A stretch of DNA of 64,000 nt, from contig NC_043016.1 in NCBI RefSeq assembly GCF_006345805.1, positions 21,638,001-21,702,000 of the forward strand, in the 5' to 3' direction. The DNA is from Octopus sinensis. Taxonomy: Eukaryota. The stretch's first letter is position 1. Every line of letters starts with the position of its first letter. Below the pieces are notes generated by a model. The model was not told where the DNA came from, ran no database searches, and saw only the letters and a program-made list of their open reading frames with translations. Positions 41,738 through 55,900 of the stretch are shown piece by piece. The position numbers and the translations under genes were made by a program.

Positions 41738-44700
41738 AGAGTTTATGAAAAAAACAAAAGACGAAGACAGGTGGTCTACAAAACAAACAGATGTATTAGT
41801 ATAACGCTCAGGAATAGAAAAAGTCTTTTATGTTTCGAGCCTACGCTCTTCTACAGAAAGGAACACAGAAAAAACAAGGAGAGAAAAAAATGTGTGTAGT
41901 GGCTAACGATCTATCATGGCGACTAGTGCCAGACAGAAGGGTCAAACACTGTTTTACGCTTGTAGTCACAACAGTCACTGGTCATCAGTTACCATCCTAT
42001 CTCTTCGTACTAGAATAGTAATACACTAACTTCTGTCTGACCATCACTGATAGCTCCACAAGACACCGACTAGAACTGTCAACTCCCAACTCTTCGACTC
42101 TTGGGGATTCAAACTGCTGTCATACTAGAAACTGTTAGATACATAACGATGACGACGAAAGTTCCACACTTTGCCTCAAATTCCTGTTATGCAGGAAGGC
42201 ATAATGCCCAGTGACTAGTGTAGCAGCATTATGTATACCTATATATATAGATGGATATATATATATCTATACACACATACAAATATTACAATCCTGCAAG
42301 AAATATACAGACTGGCTGCAATGAAATTATTAGAAGTCACTGATAATTTTTGACCAGTGCAGTTGGGAGGAAACATCACTCTTCGTACTGATGAACTATT
42401 TGATATGAGGAGACTGCATTCCTCACCTTGCAACCATCATAAATATGTGAGAGGGCATGCATTGACATCAACACCTTTAAAATTATGCATATTGGTAACA
42501 TCTCCACTATCTGGAGAAGTCATTCAACTCAGAATATTTGACTTGGCTGTTCTCTAATGACAACATCAAATTCATTCAAAGTTAAAGATTAAGAAAACAA
42601 CAATGAATTGCTTTGAAGATGACGCATCAAGAACCAGCAGCATCAGAGTCAGCCTCTACCTTGTCCTTAGAATTCTACCTGCTATCATTCTGTTCATGTT
42701 AAGGAATACCATGAAACTATTGGAATCAAAATGGTGCATAGTACCAAGTGATTAGGTAGCAGTTTATATAAATATGTATGTGTGTCTATGCTTGCACCCC
42801 CAACATTGCTTGACAACTGATACTGGTGCAATTTACATCCCCGTAACTCAGTGTTTCAGCAAAAGTGACCTATAGAATAAGTCCAGAGGTCGATTTGCTC
42901 CACCAAAAGGCAGTGCTCCAGCATGGCTACAGTCAAATGACTGAAACAAGTAAAAGAATATTACAAATACATATGTATACAACATCACCTTTTAACATCC
43001 ACTTTCCATGCTGGCATTGGTTGGACGGTTAGACCAAGGACTGGCAAACCAGGAGTTGTGCCAGGCTCCAATCTGTTCTTCCTAATGCCAACCACTCTGA
43101 CAGTGTAGCGAGTGCTTTTATATGCCAATGGCACGGGAGCCAGGCACCGGCAACAACCACACTTGAATGGAGCTTTTTTACATGTTACCTGCACGGGGGC
43201 CAGTCAGGTGGTACTGGCATTGACCATGCTCAAATGGTGCTATTTACACATATACCCACAGATATATATATATACATACACAAACACACATATACAAACC
43301 TATATACACACACACACACTGTCTTTTACTTGTTTCAGTTATTTGACTGCGGCCATACTGAGCACTGCCTTTACTAGAACCACTAAGTTGCAGGGACGTG
43401 AACACATCAACATACATCCCTGATTAAGAAATGGTGGAGGACAAACACAGACACACAAACATATAAATATGTGTATATATACAATTTCCCTCCTAACAAA
43501 TCCACTCACAAGGCTTTGATCGGCCAGAGGCTATAGCAGAAAACACTTGCCCAAGGTACCATGCAGTGAGACTGAAGCCAGAACTGTGTGGTTGGGAAGT
43601 AATTTTTATACTATCTATTAGACATACCTTTATTTAAGTATACCCTCAAATCTGGATTACTGCACCCCTGAAATGGCTGTTGGAACACCACTACCTATTT
43701 ATTTAAACTGGATTACCTACATCTGTTCTTTAGAAACCCCAACTTCCGTGCTTAAAACTTCATTCATTCAATTTTTCATAAGGACTTATACTTATATTCT
43801 TTAATATTTTTAACAACACTTTTAATTTATTGATAAGACAGTAGTTCAAGATGTTTATATATAATTCTATACATCAACATTTTTATATGTTGATCTGATA
43901 TTCTACCCATATATGTAAATATTTGTATATTTATGTATTCATAAGTTTTTAATATTTTAATAAGTGATACATTAATATATTTTAATAACTGATATACATT
44001 GATTTATGGCTGAATATATGTTTATATAAATTGTTGAACCTACTTGAATTCTCCTCTTAAATATTATAAAAATCAAAATGGAAATTGTAGTTGTGGCCGA
44101 TGTCAGTGCTGCCTGACTGGTACTTGTGCTGGGGCACATAAAAAGCACCATCCATACGTGGTCAATGCCAGTGCCAACTGACTGGCTCCTGTGCGGGTGG
44201 CATGTAAAAAGCACCCACAAAATCTTGATTGGTGTTAGGAAGGGCATCAAGCTGTAAAAACCTTGCCAGATCAGATTGGAGCCTGGTGCAGCCTACTGAG
44301 TGCTTAATTGATGTCTATTAGGATTTTTTAATCCCATTTTTTCTTCTTTTATATATATATATATATATAAAGATAAAACACAAACATAATATGCAAACAC
44401 GTACAGAAGCTGATACATACATAGAAACATATACAAACAAATATAAATACCTACACACACACACACATATATATATATACACACACAGACATATACATAC
44501 ACAATACATCCCCTTTCTTTAACTAGCAACAGCAACGTGTATAGAGACAATACATACGCAAGGGGGTATTGTATATATATATATGTATGTAGATATTTAT
44601 ATTTGCCTGTTATATGTATCAGCTTCTGTATATGTTTGCATGTTTTTAGTGTATGTAATTATAATGATCTATGTGTTTTGTATGTGTGTGAATAACATGT

Positions 44701-45166
44701 GTATGTTTTTATGCTTTTAGACTTCTGCAACGGAATATTTTATTCAAAACAAACTTTTATATCAATCAAACATATTTAATATTAATTAATTTACTCTGGG
44801 CATATATGCTTTTCCTTTTAAATTAATATTTATTTTGATTTAAGGTATTCTTTGATTTTAAACAATACAAATAATTAAGCCTTTTAATTTTTGATGTTTT
44901 ATTTATATTTACCATTTCTAAAAAATAAAAACAACTGTTAGGTGAAATGACCAATCAGATTCAGATGTGTATGTCAATGTTAATTTATTTATATGTATGA
45001 CCTTAATCATAATCTTCCATCCTCAATCACAACTGTTTGATGAATGGGAACTGAGTAGCAGATTTTGTGATATTTTGTTATAATTTTGCAGCTTTAATAA
45101 TATAGTATATGAATATATATGCATGAATACGAACACAAACACAGAAATATATAAACATGTAGACGT

Positions 45167-45204
<38 letters not shown>

Positions 45205-46016
45205 TAAAGATAAAACACAAACATAATATGCAAACACGTACAGAAGCTGATACATACATAGAAACATATACAAACAAATATAAATACCTACACACACACA
45301 CACACATATATATATATACACACACAGACATATACATACACAATACATCCCCTTTCTTTAACTAGCAACAGCAACGTGTATAGAGACAATACATACGCAA
45401 GGGGGTATTGTATATATATATATGTATGTAGATATTTATATTTGCCTGTTATATGTATCAGCTTCTGTATATGTTTGCATGTTTTTAGTGTATGTAATTA
45501 TAATGATCTATGTGTTTTGTATGTGTGTGAATAACATGTGTATGTTTTTATGCTTTTAGACTTCTGCAACGGAATATTTTATTCAAAACAAACTTTTATA
45601 TCAATCAAACATATTTAATATTAATTAATTTACTCTGGGCATATATGCTTTTCCTTTTAAATTAATATTTATTTTGATTTAAGGTATTCTTTGATTTTAA
45701 ACAATACAAATAATTAAGCCTTTTAATTTTTGATGTTTTATTTATATTTACCATTTCTAAAAAATAAAAACAACTGTTAGGTGAAATGACCAATCAGATT
45801 CAGATGTGTATGTCAATGTTAATTTATTTATATGTATGACCTTAATCATAATCTTCCATCCTCAATCACAACTGTTTGATGAATGGGAACTGAGTAGCAG
45901 ATTTTGTGATATTTTGTTATAATTTTGCAGCTTTAATAATATAGTATATGAATATATATGCATGAATACGAACACAAACACAGAAATATATAAACATGTA
46001 GACGTGTTTATATATA

Positions 46017-46054
<38 letters not shown>

Positions 46055-46852
46055 TAAAGATAAAACACAAACATAATATGCAAACACGTACAGAAGCTGA
46101 TACATACATAGAAACATATACAAACAAATATATACCTACACACACACACACACATATATATATATACACACACAGACATATACATACACAATACATCCCC
46201 TTTCTTTAACTAGCAACAGCAACGTGTATAGAGACAATACATACGCAAGGGGGTATTGTATATATATATATGTATGTAGATATTTATATTTGCCTGTTAT
46301 ATGTATCAGCTTCTGTATATGTTTGCATGTTTTTAGTGTATGTAATTATAATGATCTATGTGTTTTGTATGTGTGTGAATAACATGTGTATGTTTTTATG
46401 CTTTTAGACTTCTGCAACGGAATATTTTATTCAAAACAAACTTTTATATCAATCAAACATATTTAATATTAATTAATTTACTCTGGGCATATATGCTTTT
46501 CCTTTTAATTAATATTTATTTTGATTTAAGGTATTCTTTGATTTTAAACAATACAAATAATTAAGCCTTTTAATTTTTGATGTTTTATTTATATTTACCA
46601 TTTCTAAAAAATAAAAACAACTGTTAGGTGAAATGACCAATCAGATTCAGATGTGTATGTCAATGTTAATTTATTTATATGTATGACCTTAATCATAATC
46701 TTCCATCCTCAATCACAACTGTTTGATGAATGGGAACTGAGTAGCAGATTTTGTGATATTTTGTTATAATTTTGCAGCTTTAATAATATAGTATATGAAT
46801 ATATATGCATGAATACGAACACAAACACAGAAATATATAAACATGTAGACGT

Positions 46853-46917
<65 letters not shown>

Positions 46918-49900
46918 ACACACACACACACCAGTTCACACAAATATAACACATACATATAACAGCTATGGTTGCAAATATTTTTAATAGAACACACATG
47001 TTCCAGCAAACTGCTCTCATAATTGCAAAACATACTGAGCCCAACCTTTGTTTCATGCCACCTTTACACATTTATGCATTCAAATATATACACACACAAT
47101 TTTATTTTATCGTTTGCTTGCCTCAGTCACTAAACTGGGGCTATATTAGAGCATGACCTTGAAGAATTTAGTTGAACAAATTAACCTGCATGTTCAAAAT
47201 CATTCATACCCTAGATTTACTGAGTCAAATACCTTTCTTTAATAGTCAAAAAACAGACTTTGTTTTTTTATGACTGCTTCTAGATGATTCTTGTATGTAT
47301 CCACAAGCTTCTTGCATGTCTCCTGTGGGCTATTTATTAGCCCACTCTTCCTTGGTGAAAGCCTCAAGCTAGGCCAGATATAAATAGAGGAAAAGTGTTC
47401 AGGTCATTTTCAGTTTCTGATGATCATGGCCAAGAAGAAGTTCAATGAGGACCTATGTCAATGTCTTTTGCATGCCCACAGTGAAGAAAAGGGTTACAAG
47501 GCCATTTCAAAGCAGTATGATGTCCCTGTAGCAACCATCCAGAGCATAATTAAGAAGCACAAGAGGTTCAACACTCTTAAAAACCTCAGTGGGCATGGCA
47601 GAAAGCGTAAGGTGTCACCCAAACTTGCCATGAAAATCTGCCGAGAAGTTAACAAGATGTCATGATCCATCATTGAGTAGTCTTGCACAGAGGAGGTCTC
47701 CATGGACATAGTCCTTGGAAGATGCTGCTGCTCAGGAAGAAACATCTGGAGGATCACCTGGCTTTTGCTAGAGGTCATCTGAAGCAAGATCCCAACTTTT
47801 GGTCAACCATCCTGTGGTCTCATGAGATGAAGTTGGAGTTATTTGGCTATATGGATGCTGAATATATCTGGAGGAAGAAAGAAGAAACATACAAGCCAAA
47901 GAACATTGTGCCCACCATCAGGCATGGTGGTGGAAACAATGCTATGGGGATGCTTCTCTTTCAGTGTCACAGGGAACTTGACAAGTTCTAAGGAATCATG
48001 AGAAAGGAGGATTACATCAGGATCCTTGATGAAAACACGAAGGAATTCACTGAAAAACTCCAACTCGGCCACCAGCAGGACAATAATCTGAAATATACCA
48101 CCATGGTAGCGAAGAAATGGTTCAAGAACATCCTAGAATAGCTGACAACTTGTGGCGAGACCTGAAGACCAGAGTGATGGCTAGGAAACCAATCAATCTG
48201 ACCTAGCTTGAGGCTTTCACCAAGGAAAGAGTGGGCCAACATCATACAATAATTGTCTCTAAACAGTCATAAAAAACAAAGGCTATGCTAGTGACTATTA
48301 AAGGAAGGCATTGGACTCAGTAAAACTAGGCTTTGAATAATTTTGAACATGGCATTTTTTGAAAACCCATGAATAGAAAGACCCTGAAATGAAGAATTTC
48401 TTGAATTGTGTTTTGTTGCTATATTTTCACTTGTTGGTCACGTATAACTCATAAACAAACTCGACAAAATGCATTCATTTTATCACAAAAATTAACAAGG
48501 TTATGAGTAATTCTGAAGACGACTATGTGCCTACACTTAATGTTCAATTTATAAATCATTCTCATTCATCCCAGTAGTTTGTGTAATACATGTCTGCAAT
48601 ACAGTACACACACACATATATATATATATACACACACATACGTACGTATAGACATATATATACACACACTCTCTCTCACACAAACACACATACATACACA
48701 CCATTCTTACAGAGAGAGAGAGAGAGAGAATAACAAACTACGTACACAGCTAAACCATGAGGGAGAGAGAGTTGGTGGAAATAAATATTGTAAAACTAAA
48801 TTTTTAGCATTTAAGAAAATTATAGAAACTAAATTAAATAACTGATGAAATGTTATAATTTTGAAATTTGCATCTCCTCTGAATTTTAAGTTTATTTTTT
48901 GTTTTTTTTTTTAATAAAATATAATCTTCTCAATGCCTAACTAATAAGAAAATTTGAATTATTAGAGGAAATCTAGCTTATCATAAGAAAACCCAAGTTA
49001 ATGAAGTGAAGATATTGAAGTTTTGAGTTGTAAATGCATTCAATAAATATTTCATAATTTTTTATAGCTTCTGTTTTCATTTTCCCAACTTTAGTAAATT
49101 AAAAGTGCAAACAACAAAAAAAAAAAAAAATTCAAACATTGCACACACCAAATATACCAAGAATTCATTAGAACTGAATGAAAATCACAACTAACAGAAA
49201 ACTGGATTTAAAATGAAAAATATTGGGAGATTAACAATTTTAAACAAAACTAAAATATACATTAACAATTACAAGGGAGAATAAAAGCAAAATGACAGTA
49301 TTATCAGTCACTATTTATCAATCACATGTACATTTAATGAAATAAAGATAGATTTCAAAGAATCTGTAAATGAAACTGTTTGGAATTGAAGGACAGGTGC
49401 TAGGAAAATTCCTTACCTTTTTAACTGAATGCCTTTGGCAGTTAACAAAGTTTTGAATTTTCTACAAGTTTTTTTTTTTCCCCTTAAGAATGCCATTAAC
49501 TTTTTTTTTTAATAGAAAATGCATCTCAATTGTAAAGTCATACTCACGTAACAGGCTGGGATGGATCATCTGCTAATTCCACTTCCTCTCCTTGGATTTC
49601 TTGAAAGCATTTTTCACAATATACATATCTATACGAGATAAAAGGAGAAAAATTAAGTTTGCATTTCAAATCAATCATTAAAAAATAAGACTAAATAAGA
49701 TTCTACTGTTTTAAGTATCCCTAATATATTATATTGATGCTATTATTTGGCTCCATAGAAGTGTAGAGCTGGTTAAGAACTTATTCAGTGCAAGTACTGT
49801 ATGACATACAAAATGCAGTCATATTCCTGGCATACTAACAGAAAGTCATGATTTTTCAATGTTGTATAACTCAAGAAATGAAATCTATATTCTTTCAAGA

Positions 49901-52900
49901 TACGTTGAATGTTTTAGAAATCTAATGATATAACTACTGATATTTAGAAGAATAAGAAAAGACAGGGTAAAGCCAGGGTGTCTTCTCTTATGGCTATGAA
50001 AGAATTATTGCAATGAGCAAACAATAAGACATATCCATAGAATTGTGGACTAAGGAAAACATGAAAAAAGCAGTGTGCCTGGTGAACCAGTGATGACTCT
50101 CAAAGAAAGAATGAAGGAACAAGACTAATGAAGTAAACATCAGTCAGATGCAAGAATTCTAAGAAATTTACAATGTAGATTTATAAATTTATTGACACAA
50201 TATTACCATAGTGCAAAAAAATTAAAAGATGAGTGTTTTGTATTACTACGTTGCTACTAAAGCAGAAGGAAAATTATATATACAGTGGTATATGTGTTTG
50301 TATGAATAGTCATTAAAAGTTTTCTGATCTTAGTTCTTCAAAGTTTCAATTCTTACTCTTAATTTCAAATGCATTATGAAGTAATGAATGTGCCAGACAA
50401 TAAATTATCACACAATACCACATATCAACACAATGTACATTACAAGCAACCTCACGAAAAACTACTTCCATAAATTAGTTAAAAAATAGTTGGAATAAAT
50501 CCAAAAGATTGATGACAAGCCTTCCCCAAAATTGACTATAAATGTTGAAGTGTATTAATGGAATTTTGAGGAACATGGATAGTTCAAGGAAAGTGTTTAT
50601 TATAACAGTAATCTGAAAGATTTTCAAGATGAACAAATAGATTTTGATGGCAAGCATTTTATACTACTGTAGCAGATGGCATTCAGAATAGTGATTTTCA
50701 TGGGGGTTAAGGTGTATAAAGCGAGTGAAATATGTCAATTTGAGGATTTAGCAATTAATATACATAACAAATGAAGATTTTTAAATTTTAGTTATATAAC
50801 ATAAAAAAGTATTTCAATTTACCTATTTTGATAGCTATAATACACAGCATCCCTTGGAATGGTACACAATTGTTTTCCATAACAACAAAGCACTTGTGGA
50901 CTAAAAACAAATTTCCGGCCACAACAATAGCCAAGGGATTGCATCACCTGATCAATCTCACCCTCAAAAACTTCAGCTAACTGAAATAGAAAGTAAAATG
51001 TATTAACTGTTATTATGGATACTGAGAAAATATTATGATTAAGTATGATAGAACAAAATCCCACTCTTATATAAACATTTGTGCATTTAAAAATTCATAT
51101 TTTGTTATCTTACCTTTGAGCAGTATTTATAAACTCTTGATGTTTTTCTATTATACAGCCATGCATTATCAAACATGAGCCAAACATCTTCAACATACTG
51201 CCATGGGTCTTGGTACTGTCCTGTATCAAGCTTTCTTTTTATAGTGGAGAGGTCCATGGGCTTCTTAATTATCATAAAATAATCCTGTAAAAGAGCAATT
51301 ACTAATAATATCATTTCTTAAATATTATTAAAATTTTACCAACTGCTAATATATACTCATTAAATGAGTATTTTGACAACAGTCTGGCAAGATCAGTTAT
51401 TTTCTATGAGTTCTACAGATCATTAAGTGTTTCAACATTACATGACAGGTCCACAAGCTTTGGATTTATAGTATGCCATAAAAATATATGTTTTGAAACT
51501 ATAACAGATACCAAATAAACTAAAAGCACCATACCAAAGTCTACAAAATGAAAACAGTAAGAAGACTACAAAATAGTGAACTATTTTATATCAACTGTCT
51601 ACTTAAATTAAATTCCATTTTAATAAAATAATCCAATCTATGTATGGAAGAACATTTCTTAGGTAAGAAATGAAAATCTAAATCTATGAAGTAGGAAACT
51701 TGTCAGCTAGAAAATTGACCACAACGTACCAAGCAAAATTAAGAATCATAAGCAATTTGAAAATAAGCTCCAAAAAGAATAATGTATGTATTTAAGAAAT
51801 TTATTAGAAATCCCTAATTTTAAACAAAGCATATTAAACAATGTATGATCAATAAAATTTCCAAGTCATAACTTAAATATTTCCTTGAAGGAAAAAGCAA
51901 ATAGAACCAGAATACATTTTATGCAACTTGAAACAGTGAAGACACTAGATAAACAGATATACTCAACCTCAAAAACTGTCATAAGGGCTCAAAGATTTCT
52001 AGCACCTCTCTCCATTATACATGGATGTACTTCAAATAGATACACTTAAAATTGATATGCTCTTTTGAGTTTACCAACTGACCTTAGAATGTTTCCACCA
52101 TTTCTTGTCCTGTGTTTGTGTTAGACAGGGGAGCTGTTCCAGGAGAAAAAAATAATACAAACATTCCAGGGTCAGTCAGTAAAAAAAAAAAGAAAAAAAT
52201 CAGCAAAGTATTTCAACTAAACTATTTATTCTATTTAAATATGTATGTAGTTGAAAGATCCAAAGGAAATGAGTGATGGGAGAAAAATACAATAAATGGA
52301 AACAAAGTGAAAAATATATTACAATAAATTTTCAACTGTTGTAAATCTACTAAGATCACAAATCACATAAAATACTTAAATGAATTGCAGAAAATTTAAA
52401 ACCTTTGTTTTGACTACTTTAAAGTAGATATATTAACCTACATTAGTAAGTAAAGAAAAAGTATTAGGAACAAAATCTTGGTGAATCATATTATTAGGAA
52501 GAATATAAAGCTTTTAGTAGTTGCCCAAATCTTTACATCAGCTTTAAAAATTCTTTGATAAGTGTACTGAGATAAATTTTGAAAATTACTCTTCACATTC
52601 ATTAATATTCAGATATTTTCTTGAAGTGACTGTTGGATGATACTTGAAACTAAGTATAAATAAATTAAAATACGGCATATTTTAGTAAACCATTTCTGAA
52701 GAAATTAAGCAATTTAACGTAACAGCACTTGTAATATAATAATCTTTTTTTACATTGGTACTAGGTTGCAAAATGGGAGGGAGTTCAAAATTGCCTGAAT
52801 CAGTGACAGTATATGACTAACCATTCTTTATTGACCTCAGAAAGATGAATTGTAAAGTGAAATAGGATTTGAACTCTGAGCATAGGGTAGAACTTTGCAC

Positions 52901-55900
52901 TGAAAGCATTTAGTCTGGCCTTCTATTTCTTATGTAACCCCACCACTCTTAAAATTTTTTTTTTAAATTCTAACTGCAAGTTTTACAATCTAAAGAAACA
53001 TATTTATAGATAATTTAAACTTTATTACCATCATTATCAAGACAATTAAAACAAAAATCATAAGAAAGCTCAAGATATGGCTACAAAGATCAAAAGTCTG
53101 AAGCAGGAACATACACAGCAGATAGTTGAAGGGAAGATTTGTAAGAGTAAATAAAAAAGAATGTAATATTTTTAAAGGATTGGAAGGTAGTTAACTTGAT
53201 TAAAGTTATTTTTTTTTGTTTATTTGCATGAGAGCATCTGTATGTATAAATGTAAAAGAACATTATCCCCATATGGCTAATTCATACTGCTTTCACAAAA
53301 AAATATTCTAAAGAACTAAACACAATATATATATATATAGACCATGATCCTGAGGTGTACTTGGGATTCACAGTCCTGGAAAAAGAAAAAAGTTTCAATT
53401 TAATATTTACAATTATTTCTGTCAGTTCAGTTAAATTCTAAGAGTTGCTATTTAATCCCTTTTATTTTTATGTTTAAATATTACACCCTTTAACATGCAG
53501 AAAAAAGAAGAAAAAAACCTTTTTTATTTTTAAATTACTTCTTTCAGCATGCAGGAAAATCCCTCCCAAAAAATTATTAAGAATACCTCTACAGTAACAT
53601 ACATTACTTCCCAAAATTTAGAACCTACTTAGAATAGAAAGATATGACAAAATCAGATTTCCTTCAATTTTCCAAGACAAATCTAATTGAATAAATTAAC
53701 ATAATGAATTAAAATAAATAATACCAATAAATTACTAAATAATGAAAACAATAATGTAACCAACAAATTAACAAAAGTGGAATATGATACAAAAAGGACC
53801 AAGATCCTTCATTCCTTCTATTACAACTTTTTAATTCATAAAATAAACTTGAATAAATACATTTACATACCAGTTCTACACACACAAACCATTTTCATGC
53901 TCACCATGTACAGACAGACAATGCATACATTAAAATTAATTGATCTTTATGAAATCAAATTTAAAAATCTAGGTTCCATGTTTTAAACAATTCGTGGTAA
54001 AAGACCCACTCTGTAAACAATAAAAATAGAATATAAAAATTATATATGTAATAAATACTTATTTATTAATATCTAGTTATCATATTTTTGCCATTATATG
54101 TAATGTTGAAACAATAAGATCTGAAGGTTGGCCACTAGTTAAAAAATTCAACCACTTAAGTCAGATGATTTACAGAAACAACATAATTGAGTTAAATAAA
54201 ACATACTTACCTCCAACATTCTTAATGACATCCATTAAGATGTACAATAGAAAAATGTAATTTATCCATATATTGTTCATGGTATTTGAAATTATTCAAA
54301 AGAAACCCTCCAAATAACAAAGAACATTTTCATATCCTTACCTATTAAATTTGTATTATTTGTATGTGACTTCATCATCACCATTTAATTCTATAGGTGA
54401 TTTTCAAGAATTTTTCAAATATATTTAATATGTTTCATTTTCTAAACTGAATTCTAATAATTTTCTTTTATAATTACACGCCTAGTCAATATTTATAAAT
54501 ACCATTGAAATCAAATTTTTATTATGTTAAAAGAAATATAAATTTCCATGATAACTGAGTATTTTCTATAAATTCTCTTCACATTTTTTAAATTATAGTT
54601 TTTGAAAATCTTGAAAAATAAATTTTGCTCTTAAATGTGAAATCAAAGGAACGACTAGTTACAGTTTGGGATTAGTTTGTTACTTTTAAGTAATTGTATT
54701 TTATAATAGAATTGTAATGAAACATTTTTGCAAACTGTGTATTTAGATCTTTACTCTCTCTAGGAAAAATATTAAGTTATTTCATACATAAAATGTATTT
54801 ATAGAAAAATAAAACATTAGAAACAATTTACAGAATAGAGTAAAATTATTTAAAAAATGACAATTTGCTCATTTTTACTTACTGGAATCTGCAAAAGACT
54901 GGGATCAACAGGCTGTCTGAAGGGTAAAGATTCTGGATCTTGTCGATAAAGTTTCTCTAATGTTGGCATTAATGCCTGCCTCAGTTCATCCGGTTTGAAA
55001 ACTAAAAACATTAAAAAATAATTTTGAGATTAAATTAGTTATTCATTTAATTTATAAGAACAAAAAGTAATTTGTTTCTTTAAAACAATCAAGGCAAGAG
55101 AAAAATACAGCACACAAAAGTCAATATTACCTTTTTTGGATTTAGGAGGAGTTGAAGATCCTGGAGTGGTTGGTGCTAATGGACCTCCAATGGCATTAGC
55201 TTTTGTGTCTCCACCGTTTATATTTTCAGGATTTCCACTAGTCGTAGACTCAGGACTCTGCTGCTGATTTGTAGTTTCAATAGGCTCTTCTTTTACCTGA
55301 GGTAAAGTCAATGCCTCATCTTTATTGTCAGCTCTAAGTTCAGATTTCATATCTGATAGTTCTAGTTTAATATCTTGCTTTGGATACTCTGATTTGATTA
55401 TTTCCTCTTCTTTAATAAACTCTTCTTTCATGAATTCATATTTAATTGGGGGTTTGATTTCAGTCTTAATTTCAGCAGGAGTAACAGTTGTATTAGTTGC
55501 TGTTGTAGTAGCTGTCATAACTGAAGATACACTCGTAGTTGTAATTGTAGTCGTAGTTACTGTTGACAAGGCTTCAGACAAGCACAATCCTGATTCTTGT
55601 TTCACTTTTAACTCTGGTAAGGGATGGTCAACAGAATCCTGAAAATGAAGTTTAAAAAAAAGTTAACACCTAGCAATGCAAAGTGTTTCATCAAAATTTA
55701 CTACTATAGCAAAAACAAAAAATTAATTTCTCAAAAATATTTGCATCTAGAAGTTAAAACTAATCAAAACTTAAATAATTTTAATAATACATACAGGTAA
55801 TTGTTTTCCTTTTGACATAACTTCAGGCATGGACTGGTTTGATTGTTGAACCTGCTGCTGCTTCGGTGTTAGAGGTTGAGGCATTTGTGGAGTAAGAGCT

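Noticed and set aside
50090-50096. C-box-like GTGATGA (possible snoRNA)
   Set aside because: It is antisense to the host gene, with no suitably placed D box or terminal stem.
54205-54230. Strong minus-strand donor GAG|GTAAGT in the C-D intron
   Set aside because: The nearest AG gives a 10-nt non-frame-preserving piece, and longer versions contain stops. Treated as cryptic.
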